The position numbers were made by a program, and so were the translations under genes. Of a DNA stretch of 64,000 nt, positions 36,215 to 45,448 are shown piece after piece (the stretch's first letter is position 1; the number at the start of each line of letters is the position of its first letter). The stretch lies in assembly GCA_002404995.1 (NCBI GenBank), contig DHKY01000014.1:72620-136619 (forward strand), given 5' to 3'. Under the pieces are notes generated by a model that was not told the DNA's origin, did not search any database, and saw only the letters and a program-made list of their open reading frames with translations. Source of the stretch: Bacillales bacterium UBA4682. GTDB lineage: Bacteria; Bacillota_I; Bacilli_A; RFN20; CAG-288.

Positions 36215-36918
36215 AGTTTCTCTCCGAAATACTTCGTCAGCTCATTCAGGAAAGAGGCCTTATACACTCGGCTGAGAGGCAACGCCTCTGTTCGGATAAA
36301 GACCTCGCTGTTATTGAAGTTATCAACATACCGCAGATTCACAAGAAGGGAACGATTGATTTCGGAGAAGCCCTGTCCCTTAAACCTGTCTTTGATACTA
36401 TCCATCGATCCCCGCCTCCGATAGGTGTTGTTCTCCAGATGGAAATAAAGATAATGCTTATTGCTTTCGATATACCTGATATCCGGAATTCTCACCTTGT
36501 GGACTTCGTTGGAAGAACTGATGACAATAGATTTTTCTTCCTCTTTTCCAATATGGGAAAGGAATTTGTTCCTCTTAATACGGAACAATTCATAGTCCAT
36601 CGGCTTGATCAGGAAATCATAGGCGTTCACTTCGTACCCATCGACAGCATACTGTACCCTCTCAGTCAAAAAGACCAGGCAAACATCCTTATCGACTTCC
36701 CGGAGCTTCTTCGATGCTTCGATTCCGTTCCTTTCCGGCCTGGCCACATCCATGAAGATAAGACTCGCATCACCTTTATATTTCGAAACAAAATCTGCCC
36801 CGTTCCGGAAATAAGAAACGGAAAAGGAAACTTTGTTCTCTTCCTGATAACGGGCAAGATAATTCCGGATCAAATCAATCCATTTTTCCTGGTCTTCAAC
36901 GACTGATATTTTAATCAT
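36211..36918 (-). CDS. LytTR-family response regulator (cassette 1)
   Basis: Receiver MIKISVVEDQE...FMDVARPERNG plus a C-terminal LytTR domain (IRYIESNKHYLYFHL...). No SD sequence. An extended -10 TGTGTTATAAT sits 6 nt upstream of the ATG. Confidence 0.8.
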   Translation of the reverse strand: MIKISVVEDQEKWIDLIRNYLARYQEENKVSFSVSYFRNGADFVSKYKGDASLIFMDVARPERNGIEASKKLREVDKDVCLVFLTERVQYAVDGYEVNAYDFLIKPMDYELFRIKRNKFLSHIGKEEEKSIVISSSNEVHKVRIPDIRYIESNKHYLYFHLENNTYRRRGSMDSIKDRFKGQGFSEINRSLLVNLRYVDNFNNSEVFIRTEALPLSRVYKASFLNELTKYFGEKL

Positions 36919-36935
36919 ACCGAAATTATAACACA
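36919..36935 (-). promoter_or_regulatory. Extended -10 (TGTGTTATAAT) placed so that transcription would start at or near the ATG of the LytTR regulator. Possible leaderless mRNA.
   Basis: Sequence geometry only. No SD motif between the -10 and the ATG. Confidence 0.3.
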
Positions 36936-37036
36936 GGAAACGAAGAAAGAAAGGCAGACAAAAAGAAAGGAAAATACGGCATTATTCGACATTTGAATAT
37001 CATTGTCAAAACCATTGATTCTTGTTTTCAGCTCTG

Positions 37037-37052
37037 CTATTTTTAAAAATAG
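37037..37052. promoter_or_regulatory. Perfect 16-bp palindrome CTATTTTTAAAAATAG in the divergent RR/SDR intergenic region
   Basis: Seen directly. 25 bp upstream of the SDR RBS. Confidence 0.3.
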
Positions 37053-37075
37053 TCAACTACAGAGGAGGTAACAGA

Positions 37076-37861
37076 ATGTTTGACTACAAAGGAAAAGTCG
37101 TCGTCATTACCGGGGCATCTTCCGGCCTAGGAAAGCAGATGGCCGAAGGTTTTGCTTCTCAAGGAGCCAGCTTAGCTTTATTAGCCCGCCGTGTAGAACG
37201 CTTAGAGACTTTAGCAGAAGACTTAAAGAAAAAATATGGAACCGATGCCATTGCTGTCCGCTGTGACATCACCGACAATGCATCCATTGATAATGCAGTC
37301 GCAGCCGTCAAAGAGCACTTCGGACATGCTGAAGTTCTCGTCAATGATGCCGGCGGAGAAAAAGGAACTGGCACCAAGGCACTCGAATACAAGGATGAAG
37401 ACTGGCTCTTTACCCTTAATCTTGACCTAACTTCTGTCTTCCGTGTTTCCCGTGCATTCGGAAACCTCAGGAAAACAAACATTGAAGAGAAGAAACAGAG
37501 CTATGGACGTATCATCAATATTGCTTCCATTTTCGGTTTAGTCGGCAACACCGCCATTCCGACCATTGCCTACCACACATCAAAAGGAGCCGTTGTCAAT
37601 TTCACCCGTGGATTAGCGGCTGAACTTGCAACCACTGGAATCACAGTCAACGCCATCTGCCCTGGCTACTTCTATACAGAGCTTACCACCGCAACTTTGG
37701 ACAGCGATTACTTCCAGGCATTTGCCAAGCAATCTGTTCCGAGGCAGAGATACGGAAGAGAGGGCGAACTCAATTCCTGCGCCTGCTTCTTAGGAGCAGA
37801 AGAATCCTCTTATGTCACCGGTCAGATCATTGCTGTCGACGGCGGCTACACCTGCATCTAA
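37076..37861 (+). CDS. Short-chain dehydrogenase/reductase (SDR) family oxidoreductase
   Basis: RBS GGAGG. TGASSGLGK Rossmann motif. Classical SDR length. Confidence 0.8.
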   Translation: MFDYKGKVVVITGASSGLGKQMAEGFASQGASLALLARRVERLETLAEDLKKKYGTDAIAVRCDITDNASIDNAVAAVKEHFGHAEVLVNDAGGEKGTGTKALEYKDEDWLFTLNLDLTSVFRVSRAFGNLRKTNIEEKKQSYGRIINIASIFGLVGNTAIPTIAYHTSKGAVVNFTRGLAAELATTGITVNAICPGYFYTELTTATLDSDYFQAFAKQSVPRQRYGREGELNSCACFLGAEESSYVTGQIIAVDGGYTCI

Positions 37862-37880
37862 ATAATTACAACAAGAAGAA

Positions 37881-37914
37881 AACTCCTCTGGCATCGGCCA
37901 GAGGAGTTTTTGTT
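37881..37914. terminator. Bidirectional rho-independent terminator
   Basis: Perfect hairpin AACTCCTCTGGC-ATCG-GCCAGAGGAGTT followed by a T run. Confidence 0.75.
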
Positions 37915-37926
37915 TGAAGCCACAAA

Positions 37927-38841
37927 TCAGACAATTTTCTTACGGAGCCAAGAGGAGAAGAAATCAACAAGGACAATCCTGATGACGATTCCGAAGGTAT
38001 CCGCACCGAGATGAGAATAGGAGTTCTTACTCAAATCTAGAAGAATAGAGAATCCGATACCAGCATCCGAGGAAAGGACAAGGCCAAGGGTTGTAGCCGT
38101 ACGAAGATTGATGTCCAAACGATACAATCCGACCGAGAGAAAGCTAGGAATGACTTCTGGAACGACACCGCACAAGACACGCTGGACTGGACCGGCACCT
38201 TGAGCGTCCAAGGCTTCAAGGCCGTCAAGATCCGCTTCATCAAGCTGATCCGCATAGAGTTTGCCGATCCTACCGATGGAATGAATGCTTAAACATAAGA
38301 TTGCAGTAAGCCAAGTCTGACCGGATAAAGCGACAAAGAAAAGAGCAAGAAGCAGTTCAGGGAAGGTACGGATAAGGATCAGAATGAATTCGGAGATTCC
38401 CGCCCATTTCTTGAAGAGGACATGGGAAGCAAAGAAACCAAAGGGAATTGAAATCAGGAAACCGACACTAGTACCGATAATCGTAATACCTAAGGTGACT
38501 AAGCATCCATAGATGACACCCTCGTTGAATTTGTAAAGTCCCTTTCCAACGAAGTAGTCCCAATCGAAGAGGAAGAAGTCATGGCAGCGCTGAGCGACAA
38601 GCTCACCATTGATTGGACTGTCAAAGGCATTCTTAATACCGATGTATTTTCCCATGAAGATAAGGACGATGACAAAGATGACAAAGGAAACCAGATTGAC
38701 AATCCACCTTTTCGGACGTGCCTGATAAGCAGACACCGGATCATTGTAATGGGTCCTTCCCTGTTTATCGGCAGTAAAGAAGTAAAGGCATTTTTTAAAG
38801 AAGTTAGGCTTCTTTTCGCTTTGATTCGTTTTCTGTTTCAT
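37927..38841 (-). CDS. PhnE-like ABC transporter permease
   Basis: Polytopic. Consecutive with a second permease, an ATPase and an SBP. Homology to phosphonate-type permeases inferred from operon context and TM pattern. Confidence 0.6.
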   Translation of the reverse strand: MKQKTNQSEKKPNFFKKCLYFFTADKQGRTHYNDPVSAYQARPKRWIVNLVSFVIFVIVLIFMGKYIGIKNAFDSPINGELVAQRCHDFFLFDWDYFVGKGLYKFNEGVIYGCLVTLGITIIGTSVGFLISIPFGFFASHVLFKKWAGISEFILILIRTFPELLLALFFVALSGQTWLTAILCLSIHSIGRIGKLYADQLDEADLDGLEALDAQGAGPVQRVLCGVVPEVIPSFLSVGLYRLDINLRTATTLGLVLSSDAGIGFSILLDLSKNSYSHLGADTFGIVIRIVLVDFFSSWLRKKIV

Positions 38842-39860
38842 CGTAGTTTTCTCACCAATGTATTCGAAACAATCTGAAGTATAGCAACAATAAGGAAAAG
38901 AGGGACAATCCTTGCTCCAACATAGTCATACCAGGCATTTTCGATGAAAATCTCCAAGGCATTCCTGTAAGTAGAGCTGATTCCGACATAGCCTAAGACA
39001 ACTGAGGCACGAATATTGATTTCCAAGGTATAGATAGAATAGGCGAAGAACATCGGCTTGACTTCCGGATGAAGACCTAAGAAAACGGATTGAAGGTTCG
39101 TAGCACCACAGGAACGCATCGATTCAAACGGACGCCTATTGAGCGTTTCAAGATACTCGTACCTCATCTGATACCTGATACCAAGAGAGAATAATCCGAT
39201 GGATAGAACGGCCGGAAGGACAGTTCCGATTCCCATAATCATAGCAAAGATGACACAGATGACAAACCTAGGAATACAGCGAAGGATATCATTGAATACC
39301 TTAACGATGGTACGTAGGATACGATTGTGATTGACATTATTGGCACAGAGATAATAAACCGGAATAGCAATCACAGCACCTAAGACAGTAGCCCTGAAAT
39401 TGATACAGAAAATCTGTAAGAAAGGTAGAGAATTGATCAGAGGAGTCTGAATACCGACCGCAAAGCTCTCCCATCCGAATTTCCACCAACCAGCCCAGTC
39501 TTTCGTACGAAGAGGGTTGGGAGTGAATAAATTTTTGAAATTGTTTCCAAAGGCAACCCAGTTAATACGGACATCCTTCTCATAATTGAATGGAAGGAAG
39601 CTAAGGACAATAACAAGGATGAGTGTAGCAAGAATCAGAATCCTTTTTGTGATGCGAGGCTTGCGAATCGTTTTCACCAGACTCCCATCCTGTTCAGGAG
39701 AAAGATCAACCTCGACATCCTTATAAAAGGCATGGTCAAGCATTATTCCGAACTTGGTTGCTTTGAACCATTTCTTACGATACTTTTTCCAATCAGCGCT
39801 TTTCCTCTTCCTATAGGAACGAAAATCGAGCTTTTCGACTTTTTCAGTATTTTCTACCAT
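38838..39860 (-). CDS. PhnE-like ABC transporter permease with an N-terminal cytoplasmic extension
   Basis: Polytopic. ~80-aa charged N-terminal extension. Translationally coupled to the downstream permease. Confidence 0.6.
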   Translation of the reverse strand: MVENTEKVEKLDFRSYRKRKSADWKKYRKKWFKATKFGIMLDHAFYKDVEVDLSPEQDGSLVKTIRKPRITKRILILATLILVIVLSFLPFNYEKDVRINWVAFGNNFKNLFTPNPLRTKDWAGWWKFGWESFAVGIQTPLINSLPFLQIFCINFRATVLGAVIAIPVYYLCANNVNHNRILRTIVKVFNDILRCIPRFVICVIFAMIMGIGTVLPAVLSIGLFSLGIRYQMRYEYLETLNRRPFESMRSCGATNLQSVFLGLHPEVKPMFFAYSIYTLEINIRASVVLGYVGISSTYRNALEIFIENAWYDYVGARIVPLFLIVAILQIVSNTLVRKLR

Positions 39861-39865
39861 AGAAA

Positions 39866-40666
39866 TTACCTTTTCTCAGCTGGTTCTTCTGGAATCTCAT
39901 CAAGCTTGGCTCCGAGATTTTCGTTACTGTTCAGATGACGTCCATAGATTTTAAAGCAGGCCTCATCGGTTACTTCTTCCGGCTTTCCATCAAAGACAAT
40001 CTGACCAGCACGGACACCGATAATGCGGGTAGAATATTTCTTTGCCAAGTCGACATGATGCCTATTAGCAATAATCGTGATTCCCCTCTTGTTGATACGG
40101 ACAAAGTCGTTCCTGACGGCAATCGTCGTTGCCGGATCAAGAGAAGCGACAGGCTCATCAGCTAAAAGAATCTTCGGCTCCTGAGTTAAGGCACGGGCTA
40201 AGGCAACACGCTGTTGTTGACCGCCGGAAAGCTGATCAGCACGAACATAAGCTTTATCAAGAATACCGAACTTATCAATGTTCTGCAAAGCAAGAAGCTT
40301 TTCCCGTTTGGTATAGATTCCGAACAAAGTTTCGAAAGTGTTATGATAACCAACACGTCCAGAAAGAACATTCTTGTATACGGAACTGCGGCGGACAAGA
40401 TTGAAGGACTGGAAAATCCTTCCGATGTTCCGTCTTTGTTCACGGAGCTTCTTACCTTTCAGCTTGCTGATATCAACGCCATCAATCAGCACTTCTCCGT
40501 TTTGAATATCGTGCCTTTTGTTAATACAGCGGATCAGCGTGGATTTTCCAGCTCCGGATAAGCCTATAATGGAAATAAACTCTCCATCCTCCACTGTCAG
40601 ATTCACATCTTTCAGTGCCTGGAAGCCATTCGGATAGACTTTGTCGACATGTTTCAGTTCAAGCAT
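39866..40666 (-). CDS. PhnC-like ABC transporter ATP-binding protein
   Basis: MLELKHVDKVYPNGFQALKDVNLTVEDGEFISIIGLSGAGKSTLIRCIN closely resembles phosphonate-importer ATPases. Walker A, signature LSGGQQQR, Walker B ILLADEP. Confidence 0.8.
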   Translation of the reverse strand: MLELKHVDKVYPNGFQALKDVNLTVEDGEFISIIGLSGAGKSTLIRCINKRHDIQNGEVLIDGVDISKLKGKKLREQRRNIGRIFQSFNLVRRSSVYKNVLSGRVGYHNTFETLFGIYTKREKLLALQNIDKFGILDKAYVRADQLSGGQQQRVALARALTQEPKILLADEPVASLDPATTIAVRNDFVRINKRGITIIANRHHVDLAKKYSTRIIGVRAGQIVFDGKPEEVTDEACFKIYGRHLNSNENLGAKLDEIPEEPAEKR

Positions 40667-40756
40667 AGGCTTTCTCCTTACTTTTCTCGTATGTTTTAAT
40701 AAACGACAAGCCTAGCCCAAAAAGGGCTAGGCTTGCTAAATTCCAGATTTCAGAAA

Positions 40757-41950
40757 CTACTTGCTAGCGTGTTCGTTCGTCCAACGATACCTTTCACGGG
40801 CAGCATCGTAATCGGAATCTTTGCCTTCCCTGTAATTAGTATGAGAGTAGATCTGGTAAAGCAGATAAGCACCAGAAGGCTGTCCATCGTTATCGATATC
40901 GTAATCGGTATCGGTAGCACCGGTTTCACCCTTCTTGATTCCGTTATCGTGGATGCTTCCGTCTTTGACAGCGCCCTTAAGAGCAGTCTTAATGGCTTCT
41001 TTCTTATCATCTTCAAGCTTGCCATAAGCGCAGACAGTGTCGTTCCTGATTGGGTCAAGAACAGCTGCAGTATAGGTCTTGGTGAAGACGGATTCATCGT
41101 TATGGTACTTGCTATCGGTCTGAACAAAAGCGGATCCGTAACGGATATCGAAGAATCCGACAGCAACATCGATGACACCATTCCTGAGGTTATCAACCAT
41201 TTCAGGATAGGACTTCTGAGTTGCGTTGATCCTAGCTAATTTCTTATCATTTTCAGAAAGCTTGTCATAAGCGGCTTTATCGAAGAAGCCTTTGGTATAT
41301 CCCTTGTCATATAAATACTTAGTCGGATAAATGAAACCAGAGGAAGAAGTAGCAGCCATAGTTCCCCAGACAGCATTGCCAGCATGCCTTTCATCTAAGG
41401 AAATTTCACCATCACCATTGGTATCAAGGGCAGGTTTGTTAAGAGCAATACGTTCAGAATCCTTAAGAGTGAAGACAACAGAGCAATAGAAGTTGACTAA
41501 AGTAGAGGACTGTTCTCCACGATAGACGTATCCATCAGCACCATTCCTATGCTTACGCTGATTCTCACGGGCAGCCTCATCTAATCCTTTGTAGTCATCA
41601 GCCTGGACTTTGTAGCCAGCACGGCCAGCAGAAAGAAGAAGGGAAACAGCACCCGGCTGTTCGATCGTCCTCTGGGCATAGCCAGAAGCCGTAAGGAAGC
41701 CACCGTCGATTTGACCAGCTGCAAGAGCAGTGGTAGTGGCAGCATAAGTGGAGCCGACATCGATGCTGAAGGAATAACCAGGAGCATACTTGTCAAGGAT
41801 TGGGGCTAAAGCTTTCGCACGGGTCAGAAGAGTAGCAGGGTCATTGGACGGAACTAACTGAAGGTGAATCTTTTTGCCTTTGTTTCCGCAGCCAGTAAGG
41901 CTTAAGGATAATAAGGCAAGCGTAACGACAGAAGTCAGAGTCTTTTTCAT
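40757..41950 (-). CDS. PhnD/SsuA-like substrate-binding lipoprotein with a ~120-aa C-terminal extension
   Basis: RBS AAGGAGG. Lipobox LSLTGCGNK. Venus-flytrap motifs (KIHLQLVPSNDP...AAGQIDGGFL). The ORF is open upstream to 42028. Confidence 0.6.
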   Translation of the reverse strand: MKKTLTSVVTLALLSLSLTGCGNKGKKIHLQLVPSNDPATLLTRAKALAPILDKYAPGYSFSIDVGSTYAATTTALAAGQIDGGFLTASGYAQRTIEQPGAVSLLLSAGRAGYKVQADDYKGLDEAARENQRKHRNGADGYVYRGEQSSTLVNFYCSVVFTLKDSERIALNKPALDTNGDGEISLDERHAGNAVWGTMAATSSSGFIYPTKYLYDKGYTKGFFDKAAYDKLSENDKKLARINATQKSYPEMVDNLRNGVIDVAVGFFDIRYGSAFVQTDSKYHNDESVFTKTYTAAVLDPIRNDTVCAYGKLEDDKKEAIKTALKGAVKDGSIHDNGIKKGETGATDTDYDIDNDGQPSGAYLLYQIYSHTNYREGKDSDYDAARERYRWTNEHASK

Positions 41951-42403
41951 ACTGAATTTAATTCCTCCTTTGTATGAAAAACAGTCAACAGCTGTAGTAA
42001 GGAAGAAATCACTCAGAATGGATACCATTTCTGAACCCGGTTAAGGGAGATTTAATTGAGAAGCGGATAGTCCTCATTTAATGGCTGAGGGTAGAAACAG
42101 AGTCACCATAACCAACTCACTATATCCGATTTCTTTCCTGCTTTATTTTAAGGCAGGAATACCCATTACAGAAAAAATAGCGCTTACAGTCAGAATGATC
42201 TACTCGTTGGAACATCCATTTTTTACTGATTTTATGGGAAAAGCTGGCAATTATAAAAAATCAGTTACATTTTTTCAAAATAGTACCTGAAAAGGTAAAC
42301 TAAGGTAATAATGTTGGATTTTTGTATATTAATTTCGTCTTTGTTTTGTTCTTCCGCTCTTTTTCTTTATAATTTTCATATATTAAAAAAAGAGGAGATT
42401 CGT

Positions 42404-43255
42404 ATGAAAATAGCTATTTCTGCCGAAAGCACAATCGATTTGCCAAAGGAACAACTCGAACGATTCGATATCCATACTCTGCCTTTCACTTTGAATCTCG
42501 GCAGCAAATCTGTTCTTGATGGCGAAATCAGGCCTGAGGATCTTTTCAAGTTTACCGAAGAGACAGGGCAGCTTCCTAAGACAAGTGCTGTAAATGAGTT
42601 TCAGTACCGAGAACACTTTAAAAAGTTAAAAGAAGAAGGATATGATGCCATCATCCACTTCTGCCTATCCAGCGGCATTTCCTCTGCCTGGTCCAATGCA
42701 AGGAAAGTCAAAGACGAATTCGAGAATCTTTATATTATTGATACGAAATCTCTATCGACAGGAATTGCCCTTTTAGCGATTCAGGCAAGAAAACTGGCCG
42801 ATGAAGGAAAGAAGCCTGAGGAAATCTATGCGATATCCAGTGAGCGAGTCAAAAATGTCCAAGCATCTTTCTCTCTTGAAAGTGTCAATTATCTTTATAA
42901 GGGCGGGCGTTGCTCAATGCTCGCAAGGCTAGGAGCAAATCTTCTTCACCTGAAGCCTGAGATTTTCGTCCATACGGATACTGGAAAGAGGTCAGCCGGG
43001 CAGAAATTCCGTGGATCCAGGAGGAAAGTGGTCAGGAACTATGTGGAAGACACCCTCAAACAATTTAACCACCCGGACCTTTCCCTGTGTTTCATTACTT
43101 ATTCGACCGCACCAGATGATGTCGTTGAAGCAGTAAAGAAGCGTTTGTACGAGAGAGGATTCAAAGAAGTCATACCGACCCATGCTGGAGGTACCATCTC
43201 CTGCCACTGCGGTCCTCATTGCCTTGGCATCCTTTATATCAACGACGGAAAATAG
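42404..43255 (+). CDS. DegV-family (fatty-acid-binding) protein
   Basis: RBS AGAGGAG. MKIAISAESTIDLPKEQLERFDIHTLPF is a typical DegV N-terminus. Confidence 0.75.
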   Translation: MKIAISAESTIDLPKEQLERFDIHTLPFTLNLGSKSVLDGEIRPEDLFKFTEETGQLPKTSAVNEFQYREHFKKLKEEGYDAIIHFCLSSGISSAWSNARKVKDEFENLYIIDTKSLSTGIALLAIQARKLADEGKKPEEIYAISSERVKNVQASFSLESVNYLYKGGRCSMLARLGANLLHLKPEIFVHTDTGKRSAGQKFRGSRRKVVRNYVEDTLKQFNHPDLSLCFITYSTAPDDVVEAVKKRLYERGFKEVIPTHAGGTISCHCGPHCLGILYINDGK

Positions 43256-43300
43256 AGCTTAATAATTTTCTAAAATCCGATTTTCGTGAGGAATTACTTA

Positions 43301-44016
43301 TGCTTAAAATTGCCATTGTCGAAAACGATCCAGAGCAGATACAGACGACTTCCGAAAGGTGCACAAGATACTGCAAAAGGAATGACTTGTCCTGTTCAAT
43401 CCAGTCTTTCCAAAATGGATTTGACTTCCTTGAAAGCGACTTTTCGCTTTTCGATGTCATTTTCATGGACATCGACAGGCCCGGCATCAACGGAAGGGAA
43501 ACTTCGGTTAAAATCCGGGAAAAGGGGGTCACGACTCCTCTTATTTTCGTTACGAATCTTCCTCAATATGCCATCGATGGATACAAAGTCCAAGCCTTGG
43601 ACTTCATTCTCAAGCCAAGGACGTTTGCTGATTTTACTCTAGCAAGGAAGAGAGCACTTCTCAGCACGGAAAAGAGCGAAGACAAAACTTTTGTTCTCAA
43701 TATCCATGGTTCTTTCCAGAAGTTTAAGAACAGTGATGTCATTTATTTTGAGAGGGTTCGCCACGACGTGCATCTTCATCTCCAAAATGGTGAGATGATT
43801 GTTTTTCGTTCTTCACTGAATCGAGTCGAGCCCTTACTCGATTCCCAGATCTTCATCAAGTGCAATTCCGGATGCATCATTAATCTCAGCCGAGTGAAGT
43901 CCAGGGACGGAGATGTCCTGATCAGGGAAAACGGGGATAATATCTCTATTTCCCGTTCCCGGAAAAAAGAGACAAGGGCGAAGCTGAACGAATACTATCG
44001 GGCAAATCGGATATGA
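43301..44016 (+). CDS. LytTR-family response regulator (cassette 2)
   Basis: Receiver MLKIAIVENDPE...FMDIDRPGINGRE plus LytTR C-terminus. Paralogous to 36211-36918. Confidence 0.8.
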
Positions 44017-45317
44017 ACGAAAGCGGAATCATTGGCATTGTCACGAGATTCGGCCTTGCCTCCTTCTATCTGGAAATCCTTACCGCTAGGATAATTGTCC
44101 TTTTCTCAGCCAAGAAACGGAAAATTTTTCCCATCCGTCTGCTCCTATGTCTTCTTCTTTGTTTTGCATGCTATTTCCTTCCTTCGGTAAAAATAGGACA
44201 TTTTTCCTATTCCTATTGTATTTGTGTTGTCATCGCCTTTCTCTGTGGATTATTCCTTTATAAAGAAAAAGTTCCTCTTATCTTCTATAGTTCAATTGCT
44301 GCCTGGGGTATTCAGCATATCGCATGGAACCTACTCAGTATCGTCTTTGACTTGATTCCAAATATTCGTTTGTATCCGGTAATTGAAATCGAATCAATTT
44401 ATTATTGCGGATTTCTGTTCATCTATGGAATCTTCTTCCTTTTCTTTTATTTGTTCCATATCGAATTCCGGTACAGCAAAAAGCATTTCGTTTCCTTTGT
44501 CTTTGCTTCCCTAAGGCTAGTTGCGACAAGGTTCCTTTCCCAATCGATTACTTCTTGGAATATCCCCATCCGAATCTACACAAGCCTGACTGCCTTTCTT
44601 TCCCTGGTCATTAGGATCGCCTATCCTTATCTTTCGGTTCTGATTGAGAAAGAGAGAAATCTAGTCAACGAGAAAAAGAACCTTGAAAGCAGGATCACCT
44701 TGCAGGCAAAGCAACAGGAACTATCCAAGGAAACCATCGATGTCATCAATAGGAAGTTCCATGACAGGAAAAACCAGATTCTATCCCTGGAACGAAGGCC
44801 TCAGAGCCAGTCGAAGGATTTTGCAAAAGAACTTGGAAACAGCATTGATATCTATAAGGATATTGCTCGGACCGGAAACGAAGCAGTCGACATTATCATC
44901 ACTCAGAAGTCACTCCTATGCACATCAAAGAATATCCGCTTCACCTATATTCTCGATGGAAAAGCATTGGATTTCAGGAGCCGGAGCGATATCACCTCGT
45001 TATACGGAAACATTATTGATAACGCCATTGAAGCAACAAGTCTCGAAGAAGGGGAATTCCGCCTCATTAAGCTCAAGACCTATAAACAGAACGGCTTTGC
45101 CATCATCAGCGAAGAGAACTACTGTCACAAAAACATCCAGTTCGGCAAAACCGGTCTTCCGATATCCTCAAAACAGGATTCCATCAATCACGGCTACGGA
45201 ACCAAATCCATCCAATACATTGTCCATAACTACCATGGACAGTTATCCAGGAAGCAGGAAGACGGGATTTTCTACCTGTCCATTCTCCTACCGCTATCTA
45301 CCAAAAAAGACGCCTGA
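44013..45317 (+). CDS. AgrC-like (HPK10, GHKL) membrane sensor histidine kinase (cassette 2)
   Basis: 6-7 TM N-terminal domain. H-box NRKFHDRKNQIL. N-box GNIIDNAIEAT. G-box HGYGTKSIQYIV. Overlaps the RR stop by 4 nt. Confidence 0.75.
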   Translation: MNESGIIGIVTRFGLASFYLEILTARIIVLFSAKKRKIFPIRLLLCLLLCFACYFLPSVKIGHFSYSYCICVVIAFLCGLFLYKEKVPLIFYSSIAAWGIQHIAWNLLSIVFDLIPNIRLYPVIEIESIYYCGFLFIYGIFFLFFYLFHIEFRYSKKHFVSFVFASLRLVATRFLSQSITSWNIPIRIYTSLTAFLSLVIRIAYPYLSVLIEKERNLVNEKKNLESRITLQAKQQELSKETIDVINRKFHDRKNQILSLERRPQSQSKDFAKELGNSIDIYKDIARTGNEAVDIIITQKSLLCTSKNIRFTYILDGKALDFRSRSDITSLYGNIIDNAIEATSLEEGEFRLIKLKTYKQNGFAIISEENYCHKNIQFGKTGLPISSKQDSINHGYGTKSIQYIVHNYHGQLSRKQEDGIFYLSILLPLSTKKDA

Positions 45318-45333
45318 TTACCGATTGTGTCAT

Positions 45334-45428
45334 TTTTCTGTCCGAAAATGGCACAAAGTCAAGCGCTTACATTTGGAAATGGTATTGTTTTCTTGCTCCG
45401 AAAGCCCTTTCTTATCGTCAAGGGCTTT
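45334..45428 (+). promoter_or_regulatory. HK2-GH3 intergenic region with two imperfect direct repeats (ATTTTTCTGTCCGAAAA and ATTGTTTTCTTGCTCCGAAAG, 54 bp apart) sharing the TTTTCTTGC core with cassette 1, then a stem-loop AAAGCCCT...AGGGCTTT
   Basis: Seen directly. The hairpin has a weak U-tract, so it may be an attenuator or partial terminator. Confidence 0.35.
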
Positions 45429-45448
45429 TGGAAGAAAGGAACAAACAA

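Noticed and set aside
36919-37075. Search for an agrBD-like autoinducing-peptide locus next to the AgrC-like kinases
   Set aside because: No small peptide ORF with an RBS and no AgrB-like gene is adjacent to either cassette. The 4-TM proteins lie downstream of the GH3 genes and are too short and too differently placed to call AgrB. The signal is probably not a processed peptide.
45428-45448. Upstream TTG/alternative start giving a 1047-aa GH3 ORF
   Set aside because: The ATG at 45449 has a properly spaced AAAGGA RBS and is followed directly by a signal peptide. The extra seven codons have no RBS.
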